From Haliotis rubra (lineage: Eukaryota), in the NCBI RefSeq assembly GCF_003918875.1, contig NW_025767224.1, positions 1,984,001 through 2,048,000 of the forward strand: DNA of 64,000 nt, read 5' to 3'. This document shows, one piece after another, positions 23,701-35,769 of this stretch. Numbering within the stretch: position 1 is the first letter of the stretch; the number at the start of each line of letters is the position of its first letter. Both the position numbers and the translations under genes were made by a program. The notes below the pieces were generated by a model. That model searched no databases and had not been told where the DNA came from. It saw nothing but the letters and a program-made list of their open reading frames with translations.

Positions 23701-26700
23701 GGTGAAAGCGGCATTTAACCGCACCACAATCCCTGTGTTAGCACAAGCTTGTCTGTAACAACACAACTCTACACAAAAATGATAGTAGTATGAAGTCTAA
23801 AAGTTGGAGGGGAAGTGTTTCAACACGACAGCACGTTATTATATTGCTTGAGAAAGACAATGTATCCTTACATGTATGTATCCTTTCCTCGCCAGAGTGA
23901 TGAGATAGTGGACGAGGTCGTGGTTGAGGCAGATGGTGCCACCAGGAGCTGAGCAGCCATTGCAGGAGTAGCTGAAAGATTGTCATATATACGGTCCAGA
24001 CATATTCGGAAGAGATCATAGACTGTTTTAGCAGTACAGACATATCAGGACTGAGACCACAGACAGTTACAGCAGTACAGACAAATGCAGAAGAGACCAC
24101 AGAGAGTTACAGCAGTACAGACATATGCGGAAGAGATCACAGACAGTTATAGCAGTACGGACATATGCGGAAGAGATCACAGACAGTTATAGCAGTACGG
24201 GCATATGCGGAACAGATCACAGACAGTTACATCAGTACAGACATATGTGGAAGAGATCACAGACACTTACATCAGTACAGACATATGCGGAAGAGATCAC
24301 AGACACTTACAGCAGTACAGACATATGTGGAAGAGATCACAGACACTTACAGCAGTACGGACATATGCGGAAGAGATCACAGACTGTTATAGCAGTACAG
24401 ACATACCAGGACTGAGACTACAGACAGTTACAGCAGTACAGACATATGCGGAAGAGATCACAGACACTTACAGCAGTACAGACATATGCGGAAGAGATCA
24501 CAGACAGTTACAGCAGTACAGACATATCAGGACTGAGACCACAGACAGTTATAGCAGTACAGACATATCAGGACTGAGACCACAGACTGTTACAGCAGTA
24601 CAGACATATGCGGAAGAGATCACAGACTGTTATAGCAGTACAGACATATCAGGGACTGAGATCACAGACTGTTATAGCAGTACAGACATATCAGGGACTG
24701 AGACCACAGACAGTTATAGCAGTACAGACATATCAGGACTGAGACCACAGACAGTTATAGCAGTACAGACATATCAGGACTGAGACCACAGACAGTTATA
24801 GCAGTACAGACATATCAGGACTGAGACCACAGACAGTTATAGCAGTACAGACATATCAGGACTGAGACCACAGACTGTTACAGCAGTACAGGCATATGCG
24901 GAAGAGACCACAGACTGTTATAGCAGTACAGACATATCAGGACTGAGACCACAGACAGTTATAGCAGTACAGACATATCAGGACTGAGACCACAGACAGT
25001 TATAGCAGTACAGACATATCAGGACTGAGACCACAGACTGTTATAGCAGTACAGACATATCAGGACTGAGACCACAGACAGTTACAGCAGTACAGACATA
25101 TCAGGACTGAGACCACAGACAGTTACAGCAGTACAGACATATCATGACTGAGACCATAGACTGTTACAGCAGTACAGGCATATGCGGAAGAGATCACAGA
25201 CTGTTATAGCAGTACAGACATATCAGGACTGAAAGTGCAGACTATTATATGTATTTACATGGGTTAAAGATCGCATTGCATAACTATATATGAAGCCGAC
25301 CTAGATCTGCCTGCAGCATGGCCGTTGCAGGTGTCCCGGATGTTGTTGTAGGAGAAAGCGTTGTCATGGACACCAGAGGGGTGAACTTTCCACAGTTCAA
25401 TCTTGCCTGAATTGTGGAGCTGAAGCAGCTCACAAGCCCACGCCTTTACTTGGGTGTCTCCGCACGACCCTGAGCCGGTGCCAGAGGAGGCTACAACACA
25501 AACCAAATTCGAAGAGCTTCACAATGCAACATGTAACATTAAAGAGCTTCACAATGCAACATATGTAATTAAAGAGCTTCACAATGCAACATATGTAACC
25601 TCGCGCTTCACAATGCATGGTGTCACCTGGTACCTTGCGCTGCAACATGGAAAGAAAAGGATCTACTTGCAATGGAAACGCAGTACAACATACTATGCCA
25701 AACAATACAACGCAGTACAACATTGTATGCCAAAGAACCTTCACGATACAACATGATACTTCAAAGAGCTTCACGACGCAACATGATACTTCAAAGAGCT
25801 TCACGACGCAAGATGAACTACAAATAGCTTAACGATACAACGGAATGCATGATGCACCCTAAAGAACTTCACAGTGTCAAATGATGCTTCAAACATCATG
25901 TACCCCATAGACCTGGACAACGCAGGCAATGCAAATAGATACTTCAAAGAGCTCCACAATACAACCTTGTACCTCTAACAGCTTCACATTGTAACCCAAT
26001 GCAACTCAATAAACAATGATGTACCTAGGGTTCCACAAAACAACCTTGTACCTCTAACGGCTTCACATTGCAAAACAATGCAACTCAATAAACAACGATA
26101 TACCAAGAGCTCAACAATACAACCTTGTACCTCTAACAGATCCACATTGCAATCCAATATAATTCAATAAACCATGACATACCAAGCGCTCCACAATACA
26201 AACTTGTACCTCTAACAGCTTCACATTGCAACACAATACAACTCAATACACAATGGTGTACCATGCGTTCCACAATGCAACATGTACCCTAAAGAGATTC
26301 ACAATACCACGCAATACCCCAAGGAAGTTCACAATACAACCTGTTACCTCCAATAACTTCACTGTGGAACATGGTGTCACAAAAAAACTTCGAAATATAT
26401 TCATTAATTTACAGTATCTCTGTCACAATAAAGGCATCGGCAACGGCATCGTTAAAGTATTGTGTCGTAGTTTTCTGTCAGTATGAAGGTCCCGGATTGT
26501 GAAATGACAGACCATGTTTAATACTTGCTTGTACGAATGGCCAGTCCTAGGAACAGATACACAATTCAAAGGGAAACCAATAGGTGATCCAAATTTCAGC
26601 CGGAGCCTCTGAAACGTCCTTGAAAAGCAAGGATATTGTGGAATGACATATATTAATGGCCATGCAGGGATACGTACCACACTGGGTGGTTGTACCGACG

Positions 26701-29700
26701 TTCAAGTACACCCCAGCCACCCACAGGCGCTGAAACAGTGTATGTATATGTGAATCGTAATACAGGTGAGGCCGACTGTTATCTAGACCGGTATACACAA
26801 TAACGTTATATTACATGTTAGTCATCTGTTTGATTGGCATTTTAGGTTGGTGAGTAATAAGAAAGTAAGATTTTGTCATGGATAACAACTTCTTTATTAT
26901 ATATGATGCGACGTTTCGGTATGAATTCTTCTACCGTTGTCAAGCAACGGTATAAGAAATAGCCACTATACCGTTTTATACCGTTGTCAAGCAACGGTAT
27001 AAGAATCATACCGAAACGTCGCATCATATATTATAAAGAAAGTTGTTATCCATAAAGAATCTTACTTTCTTACAAGTTAGTCACCTTAATTACCAAAACA
27101 TTTATTTCAGTCGTTTAATGGTTCGATCGTCGCGTAACATGGAGCTGTTCCTAGTAAACCCCCTCAATGCTAAACTTGTGCTGCTAAAGTTTATCCTAAT
27201 GTCCCTCATATTATCGGAAGTGAGTTAAGTCTTAGAAGGCCAGTTTCGTTCAATGGCTCGATCGTCGCGTAACATGGAGCTGTTCCGAGTAAACCACCTC
27301 AATGTCCCTTCTACTGATCAATCCATCTCTCATACCTCCGGCATCTGTTTTAAACATAGTTGCTACGCTACGTTCATTCAAGACTAGTTGTCGATGTCAC
27401 AAACACTGTTGAAAACTACTTCTGAGGTGCATCAAATCACTAGAACACATAGTTTAAAAATAAAAATAATCAGATTTGGACAATGTCTGTAGTCGCCAGT
27501 AAGGTGTTAATACTGCAATCGACTGACATCCGCATGGCCATCGCCATGTTGGTTACGAACCGGATGTCGGTTACGTCATGCGTATTTTGATGGAACTGAG
27601 CATGGTCTCGTTAGTCCAGCCAATGTAAACTCCTATATTTCCACTTAGTTCAACCAGGATGGAAAAGCGAACGTGTATAGTGAGTTAACTCCCTTGCCTC
27701 GTAGTGATCAACTTCCCTGATATCACCAGCTTTAACATATATTCGCACTTAGTTGTATTTACATTGTGAACAAAAGATAGGATCTCTGTACCGTACCTGT
27801 CCGCTAACATCAAGCTCGAACCACCTATAAGCTCCCTTCGTGAGAATCCCGCCGTGGAACTTGTAGCATTGCCCAGAGTTCAGTGTCGCCTTCACAGTCG
27901 TTCCTGACGTTCCCGCTGCAATTACCGAAAAAGTCAAACGTTTAGTCCCTCACGTGTATTCGAATGCCCGTCTCCGTTTAGGACTAGACATTAATAAAAC
28001 GTCAGACACTCATGTACATATGTAACAGATTCGACCTTCGTGTACGTGTTAACACATCAAACACTCATGTACATATATGACAGATTCGACCTTCGTGTAC
28101 GTGTTAACACATCAAACACTCATGTACATATGTAACAGATTCGACCTTCGTGTACGTGTTAACACATCAAACACTCATGTACATATATAACAGATTCGAC
28201 CTTCGTGTACGTGTTAACACATCAAACACTCATGTACATATGTAACAGATTCGACCTTCGTGTACGTGTTAACACATCAAACACTCATATACATATGTAA
28301 CAGATTCGACCTTCGTGTACGTGTTAACACATCAAACACTCATGTACATATATGACAGATTCGACCTTCGTGGACGTGTTAACACATCAAACTCTCAAGT
28401 ACATATGTAACAGATTCGACCTTCGTGGACGTGTTAACACATCAAACTCTCAAGTACATATGTAACAGATTCGACCTTCGTGTACGTGTTAACACATCAA
28501 ACACTCATGTACATATGTAACAGATTCGACCTTCGTGTACGTGTTAACACATCAAACACTCATATACATATGTAACAGATTCGACCTTCGTGTACGTGTT
28601 AACACATCAAACACTCATGTACATATATGACAGATTCGACCTTCGTGTACGTGTTAACACATCAAACTCTCAAGTACATATGTAACAGATTCGACCTTCG
28701 TGGACGTGTTAACACATCAAACTCTCAAGTACATATGTAACAGATTCGACCTTCGTGTACGTGTTAACACATCAAACACTCATGTACATATGTAACAGAT
28801 TCGACCTTCGTGTACGTGTTAACACATCAAACACTCATGTACATATGTAACAGATTCGACCTTCGTGTACGTGTTAACACATCAAACACTCATGTACATA
28901 TGTAACAGATTCGACCTTCGTGTACGTGTTAACACATCAAACACTCATGTACATATGTAACAGATTCGACCTTCGTGTACGTGTTAACACATCAAACACT
29001 CATGTACATATGTAACAGACTCGACCTTCGTGTACGTGTTAACACATCAAACACTCATGTACATATGTAACAGATTCGACCTTCGTGTACGTGTTAACAC
29101 ATCAAACACTCATGTACATATGTAACAGATTCGACCTTCGTGTACGTGTTAACACATTAAACACTCATGTACATATGTAACAGATTCGACCTTCGTGTAC
29201 GTGTTAACACATCAAACACTCATGTACATATGTAACAGATTCGTGACTAACACTTTAGTCATTCGTGTTCATCTGTCAGACATTTGACATATTATATAAG
29301 AATCAATCAGATACATTTATTATACATGCAAATGAAGAATACAAAAATGATCCGCATGTACAACCAGACTGATATGACGGTTTACAACCTATTTGCCTTA
29401 ATCCTGTTGGGTATTATGCCACATTCACTTGTCAGATTGTAAAGCATGTGATGTGCAAGGATGGTGGAGTAAAGGAGCGTATTGATAACGTTCGTTACAC
29501 AGGCAAATGAAGTCTTAATAAATATATAATGTTTGGTTCCAGTGTTACTGATCAAAGAGGCATGTCCGTTCTATTCGAATGAATCTGAATGCAATTATGT
29601 TATACAAAAAGGATTGATTTGATGAACGAATTGTGTCTCCCATGTGATAAAATAATAAAGCTTGATTTCTGAATCATGCCATTCGTTGCTGCTTGAACAA

Positions 29701-30085
29701 CAATCCTCAAGGTATCTTGAATTTAACGTGCACAAATATACTGGCAATATGGATTCCCTTATGTCTTTCATCACTTCTCTTCAAGTGAGTGAGTGAGTGA
29801 ATATGATTTAAGCAGCTTTTAACAATATTCCAGCAATATCACGGCGGGGGACACCAGAAATGGGCTCTTCTCTTCTAGAAATAATAAACAATAAGAAACA
29901 TGTAATCTTGATAATGGATTGAGATCTGCCAAAGACGAACAGTTTATAGATAGCATGTGGGTCTTACGTTGGTTCCTGGCATTGACCCCCGCCCCGTGGA
30001 CACAGAGGCACTGTCCGGACTTGAGAGTGGTATGTGTGACGTCAGCAGTGACGGTGGCAACTAGGGCAAGAACCAACAGCATCAT
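20792..30085 (-). CDS. Secreted SH3b-like + zinc peptidase (M15/DD-peptidase/Hedgehog fold) protein, 249 aa; putative peptidoglycan hydrolase
   Basis: Six GT-AG exons 30085-29968, 27915-27797, 26729-26678, 25490-25301, 23971-23872, 20962-20792 (118+119+52+190+100+171=750 nt, all phases match). Translation: MMLLVLALVATVTADVTHTTLKSGQCLCVHGAGVNARNQPGTSGTTVKATLNSGQCYKFHGGILTKGAYRWFELDVSGQRLWVAGVYLNVGTTTQCASSGTGSGSCGDTQVKAWACELLQLHNSGKIELWKVHPSGVHDNAFSYNNIRDTCNGHAAGRSSYSCNGCSAPGGTICLNHDLVHYLITLARKGYIHVNEIAGACHTCNSRHYRGQAVDLHNGSRSKEFLDLCFSMNGWGQNEGDHIHCQFGY*. The gene model is strong; the function is inferred from motifs. Confidence 0.88.
21390..22873 (-). mobile_element. Tc1-family DNA transposon with frameshifted transposase (22561-21570), in intron 5 of the SH3b-peptidase gene
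   Basis: TIR tactgaaccgcaaaa.aaac at both ends with TA flanks; motifs MPRLSKEQR, DRPRSGRPPVTT, VVFSDES, FQHDNARAH, WPALSPDLNSIEHLW spread over three frames. Confidence 0.93.
23110..23337 (+). mobile_element. SINE-like family B copy
   Basis: acccgtcaagatccg..cttcagtaacccatgct..cgggatcgggtggtcaggctcgctgacttggttgacac..gctggaatattgatgagtgcggcgttaaacaacaaacc. Confidence 0.8.
24030..25232. repeat. 40/41-bp minisatellite filling intron 4 of the SH3b-peptidase gene
   Basis: Two unit variants: cacagacagttacagcagtacagacatat + gcggaagagat or caggactgagac. Confidence 0.95.
25510..26350. repeat. Degenerate tandem repeats (about 30-bp and higher-order units) in intron 3
   Basis: Recurring aaagagcttcacaatgcaacat and caaccttgtacctctaacagcttcacattgcaa. 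Confidence 0.75.
26858..27072. mobile_element. Palindrome of about 215 bp resembling tail-to-tail Penelope-like ends
   Basis: taagaaagtaagatt..ggataacaact..atgatgcgacgtttcggtatga is mirrored by tcataccgaaacgtcgcatcat..agttgttatcc..aatcttactttctta. Confidence 0.6.
28006..29243. repeat. 55-bp minisatellite, about 22 near-identical copies, in intron 1 of the SH3b-peptidase gene
   Basis: Unit acactcatgtacatatgtaacagattcgaccttcgtgtacgtgttaacacatcaa. Confidence 0.97.
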
Positions 30086-30423
30086 CGTCGACGACAAATA
30101 AATGTGACACTGGCGTGGTGAAATTCTTTATCTGAGTCTTATAGGGCTCGAAACAATGTATGGCAGCCTGTTCTGGACATAACAGAGACCATTGTTACAT
30201 GAGCGTCAAACAGAATCATTATATGCGTCGTGAACTGCCAGCTAGAACACAAGTTTCCGAAGCCACAATTGAAAAAGGTTGAGTGAACGTTTATGAATTC
30301 AGCAACATTCCAGTAGTATATCAAAGAGAACAACAGCACAGATAGTCTGCAGTTACATCAATTTGTTCAGCCTGTTACATGTATTCGGTTGCATTTAATT
30401 GTAATGTTTCGTGACTTTGCCTA

Positions 30424-31083
30424 AAGTTGTAACGTTCAGGTTGTTAAGTCAGGATGTTCCGTTCAGCGTGTAATGTCAAGTTGTAACGTTCAGTGTGTAA
30501 TGTCAAGTTGTAACGTTCAGCGTGTAATGTCAAGTTGTAACATTCAGTGTGTAATGTCAAGTTGTAACGTTCAGTGTGTAATGTCAAGTTGTTCCGTTCA
30601 GTGTGTAATGTCAAGTTGTTCCGTTCAGTGTGTAATGTCAAGTTGTTCCGTTCAGCGTGTAATGTCAAGTTGTAACGTTCAGTGTGTAATGTCAAGTTGT
30701 AACGTTCAGTGTGTAATGTCAAGATGTTCCGTTCAGTGTGTAATGTCAAGTTGTTCCGTTCAGCGTGTAATGTCAAGTTGTAACGTTCAGTGTGTAATGT
30801 CAAGTTGTAACGTTCAGTGTGTAATGTCAAGTTGTCTATCAGTGTGTAATGTCAAGTTGTTCCGTTCAGCGTGTAATGTCAAGTTGTAACGTTCAGTGTG
30901 TAATGTCAAGTTGTAACGTTCAGCGTGTAATGTCAAGTTTAAACATTCAGCGTGTAATGTCAAGTTGTCACGTTCAGTGTGTAATGTCAAGTTGTAACGT
31001 TCAGTGTGTAATGTCAAGTTGTAACGTTCAGCGTGTAATGTCAAGTTGTTCCGTTCAGCGTGTAATGTCAAGTTGTAACGTTC
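30424..31083. repeat. 27-bp minisatellite
   Basis: Unit gtgtaatgtcaagttgtaacgttcagt; explains the 9-aa-periodic ORFs. Confidence 0.97.
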
Positions 31084-31170
31084 TGGGTGTTACATCAGGT
31101 TGTTACATTCAGGATGTTACGTGAACGAGTTACATTCAGGGCAGTAGGTAATGCTTTCACGTTCAATATA

Positions 31171-31305
31171 TATTCATGCCAATAATGGTTGTCACCCCCT
31201 TCAATTTCTTTAATTGGAGAGGGTATTTGGGATGGGGTGGTGAGGTGTGTGTGGTGGGGGTTGGGGTTGGGGGAAGGATGGTGACAACCATTATTGGCAT
31301 GAGTA
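31171..31305. mobile_element. Small TA-flanked MITE with G-rich centre (copy 2)
   Basis: Same TIRs and internal cccccttcaattt.tttaattggagaggg as 20049-20157. Confidence 0.75.
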
Positions 31306-31819
31306 TATTACGTTAAGTCCTTAGTCCCAGAATGCTAGGTCAAGTTGTTCCAGTGAGGATCCAAGGTAAATTTATTACATTCGGGATGTTACTCGGGAGG
31401 TTGGGTCCTTGTGTTAAGTTAAGGATGTTACATACAGTTGCTACTGTCAGGATGCCACGTCAAGTTCTTACGCTCAGGATAGTGCGCCAGGTTTCTATAT
31501 GCAGGATGTTCCAGAAAGTTGTTATGTACATGAAGTTTAGAGTTGTTACTTGTCGTGATGCAAAATCACCAAATTGCTGGAATCAGCATATTATGTCTTG
31601 CTGGAGTTACTTCAAAGTGTCACATGTTTTCAAAAAGGTTTCAACAAGATGATGCGATGCGTTATTCTCAACAAAATTGAAAACTTGACATACTCATCTG
31701 TGATACGTGAGAGGAGAGGTAAGGATGTATGTAATTCCGTTTAGTTTCTTGATGTCCCATACACATGACAAGGACATGAAGGCTGCTTGAACAAGGTCTT
31801 CACAAAACGATAGGGATAC

Positions 31820-33280
31820 TACGAACAAGGTGTCTTCCCGAAACATTAGGGGACTATGAACAACGCATTGTCTTCCCGAAACATTAGGGTACTATGAACA
31901 ACGCATTGTCTTCACGAACGAGTAGGGGTACTGTGATGCAAAAAATTGTCTTCACGAAACATTAGGGTACTATGAACAACGCATTGTCTTCACGAACGAG
32001 TAGGCGTACTGTGATGCAAAATATTGCCTTCACGAAACATTAGGGTACTATGAACAACGCATTATCTTCACGAAATATTAGGTTACTATGAACAACGCAT
32101 TGTCTTCACGAAACATTAGGGGTACTATGAACAAGGTATTGTCTTCACGAAACATTAGGGGTACTATGAACAAGGTATTGTCTTCACGAAACATTAGGGT
32201 ACTATGAACAACGCATTGTCTTCACGAAACATTAGGGTACTATGAACAAGATATTGTCTTCACGAAACATTAGGGGTACTATGAACAAGGTATTGTCTTC
32301 AGAAACATTAGGGTACTATGAACAACGCATGAACAAGGGTACTATTGTCTTCACGAAACATTAGGGTACTATGAACAAGGTATTGTCTTCACGAAACATT
32401 AGGGGTACTATGAACAAGATATTGTCTTCACGAAACATTAGGGTACTATGAACAAGATATTGTCTTCACGAAACATTAGGGTTACTATGAACAAGATATT
32501 GGGTACTATGAACATTGACGAAACAAGGGGTACTATGAACAACGCATTGTCTTCACGAAACATTAGGGTACTATGAACAAGGATATTGTCTTCACGAAAC
32601 ATTAGGGTACTATGAACAACGAAACATTGTCTTGAACAAGGCATTGTCTTCGAATGACATTAGAAACATTAGGTACTATGAACAAGATATTGTCTTCACG
32701 AAACATTAGGGTACTATGAACAAGATATTGTCTTCATGAAACATTAGGGTACTATGAACAAGGTATTGTCTTCACGAAACATTAGGGTACTATGAACAAC
32801 GCATTGTCTTCACGAAACATTAGGGTACTATGAACAAGATATTGTCTTCATGAAACATTAGGGTACTATGAACAAGGTATTGTCTTCACGAAACATTAGG
32901 GTACTATGAACAACGCATTGTCTTCACGAAACATTAGGGTACTATGAACAAGATATTGTCTTCACGAAACATTAGGGTACTATGAACAAGATATTGTCTT
33001 CACGAAACATTAGGGGTACTATGAACAACGCATTGTCTTCACGAAACATTAGGGGTACTATGAACAAGGTATTGTCTTCACGAAACATTAGGCGTACTAT
33101 GAACAAGGTGTTGTCTTCACGAAACATTAGGGTACTATGAACAAGGTATTGTCTTCACGAAACATTAGGGTACTATGAACAAGGTATTGTCTTCACAAAA
33201 CATTAGGGGTACTGTGATGCAAGGTGTAGTCTTCACGAACGAGTAGGGGTACTCTGATGCAAAATATTGTCTTCATGAAA
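31820..33280. repeat. Minisatellite of about 39-40 bp
   Basis: Unit gtcttcacgaaacattagggtactatgaacaaggtatt; locally scrambled at about 32300-32670. Confidence 0.95.
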
Positions 33281-34541
33281 GAACAGCACTAAAGGACAAG
33301 ATTCAGCCATAAAGGAACAACAGTTCGGACAAAGAATCCCCATTCAGTCGCACTGTTTTGGCCTGGCACGTGTTTCATACTCAAACTTACATACCACTGA
33401 CCGTGGGAATGATCACATGACACCGACACAAGGTCCATTTATTGCCGTATCGGGTAAAAAGTGGTTCATGTGTCAACGCGGCAGACAGGAAAATCTTTGA
33501 CTGACTCAATCCCTAAACTGATAGTAGGTGTGAAAAGAATAGAAGCGACAAAACCCTTTCCATGTCCATATGAAATAAACCCTTGTGGTCCCCGTTTTGA
33601 TAGTGTTGTTATGTTCCTGAAAGCTAAATAAGCTACCTTCCTTGTTGCAAACTTTCTCGTTACTAAGCTGGCCCTGGTCCAAAATACTGCGGCAAGAATG
33701 TTTTACTGATAAACATACGAACATTGGACCATACCAAGAGCATTCGAATTGCACCATCGTATCATTGATCTGCACAAACAACCCTGGAAACATGCAGTAA
33801 TTGATGTGGGTGACAAGCGTGGCAAGACCAGTTCTATGCAGGATCTTCACGGGCCGTTGATGTTAAGACTTTTTAGATGATGAGTAATGCTAGGAATATT
33901 TTAGTGTCTGAACATGTGTTGCAGAACATTCTAAGTGTACAGCAAAGATTGACGCCTCATACTGATGTGTTGAACAACATGTTCACGCTTGGGACAACAA
34001 CATAATAAGATATTTATTTTTTTATTTACAATGGATTTCTATGGTGCCTGGTATCCAACTCGAAGCTATTCAACGACGCGTCACAAAGTTGACAGTTCAT
34101 TTTTATCCAGCATAACCCAAGCTACCTGTATCGCTAGAAGGTTATAATCACATCGGGTACCATTTTCTGATGGGTGAACAGAGGCAATGTTGAAAAAAAA
34201 CTCACTTGCCTTAGGCGAGACCACATGTATCGCATGTGCTTCCCTGTGGGCCAGGACTGAAGTCCTAGAAACTCTTAGGAGTCAAATATAACATATATAG
34301 TGGAATTCACTAGAAATTCAGTCATTAGGTGAACAAGCTGCCAAACACGGTCACCCATCCAACTTCAACGCACAGGACCACAAACAGCCACTTCTATGGG
34401 AAAGTTAAGATAGTTGGGATGTTGTTCTTCCGTATTCACTGAAATTAAGGTGCACATTGACCTTCCTGGACATACCTGGCAAACACCTTGTCCCATAAGT
34501 AACATTCGGGAAAACATTCACTTGTATATAGCATGCCTGCG

Positions 34542-35286
34542 CATTGACTCACATATCTCGTGTATATAGTTTACATCTAAACTGACTCACATGTCTCGTG
34601 TATATAGTTTACATCTACATTGACTCACATGTCTCGTGTATATAGTTTACATCTACATGGACTCACATGTCTCGTGTATATAGTTTACATCTACATTGAC
34701 TCACATGTCTCGTATATATAGTTTACATCTACATTGACTCACATAGCTCGTGTATGTAGTTTACATCTACATTGACTCACATGTGTATATAGTTCACATC
34801 TCACGCTGCACAGAACTACATTGACTCACATGTCTCGTGTATATAGTTTACATCTACATTGACTCACATGTCTCGTGTATATTCATAGTTGACTACATGT
34901 CTCGTGTATATAGTTCACATCTACATTGACTCATATCTCGTGTATATAGTTCTCTACATTGACATGTCTCGTGTATATAGTTCACATCTACATTGACTCA
35001 CATGTCTCGTGTATATAGTTCACATCTACATTGACTCTCGTGTTGACACATCTACATGTCTCGTGTATATTTACATCTACATTGACTCACATGTCTCGTG
35101 TATATAGTTCACATCTACATTGACTCACATGTATCGTGTATATAGTGTACATCATCTACATTGACTCATATACATTACACATGTTTCGTGTATATAGTTT
35201 ACATCTACATTGACTCACATGTCTCGTGCGTATAGTTCTCATCTACATTGACTCACATGTCTCGTGTATATAGTTCACATCTACAC
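34542..35286. repeat. 38-bp minisatellite
   Basis: Unit acattgactcacatgtctcgtgtatatagtttacatct. Confidence 0.95.
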
Positions 35287-35769
35287 TGCCAGCTGATGGA
35301 GGTGCAAACAGCCCGTGAATCATTTCAATAAAACTGAAGCAAACCTATAAATGTTTCATATCTATCGATAAACAGTGTGTTTTCAACCACGTTTATCGGG
35401 TATATCATTAAATATATTTGTATTCTAAGTGACTAGCAACATTATTAGCTCCTAGTGCATTGATTTAAAGGTCACATGCAACACAACTGTGCAGATTCTG
35501 ATACTTTTCGGTATGGACTTACAGATACAAATCATCAAAAATGCAAATTCATCTTATAAAGTTGAAAAATAACGCGATGAAAAAACCCCGCGAAATCGGA
35601 GTTCAAACGATTCACAAAATTCACCCCAGCTTGGGGTGAAAAGTGGAACAACAGCTGTCTGCGCTGTGCTCGGCTGCGGTCATAGCGCATGCGCAGTGAA
35701 TAGGTTCGCGCAGCTTGGAAGCGGGATGTCCGGATTATAAGGTCGAGAGCAGGAGTAGCCTAATCAGCC

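Noticed and set aside
28006-29243. CRISPR-like regular repeats (also 19262-19830, 24030-25232, 31820-33280)
   Set aside because: The units are head to tail with no unique spacers, there are no cas genes, and the context is eukaryotic.
20792-30085. Bacterial contamination, or a true hedgehog gene, as the explanation for the SH3b-peptidase
   Set aside because: Five spliceosomal introns filled with host repeats exclude contamination. There is no CGPGR N-terminus, Hint domain or Hh similarity outside the Zn motifs.
30444-31124. His/Cys-rich 9-aa repeat ORFs upstream of the hydrolase gene
   Set aside because: They are translations of a 27-bp minisatellite on both strands.
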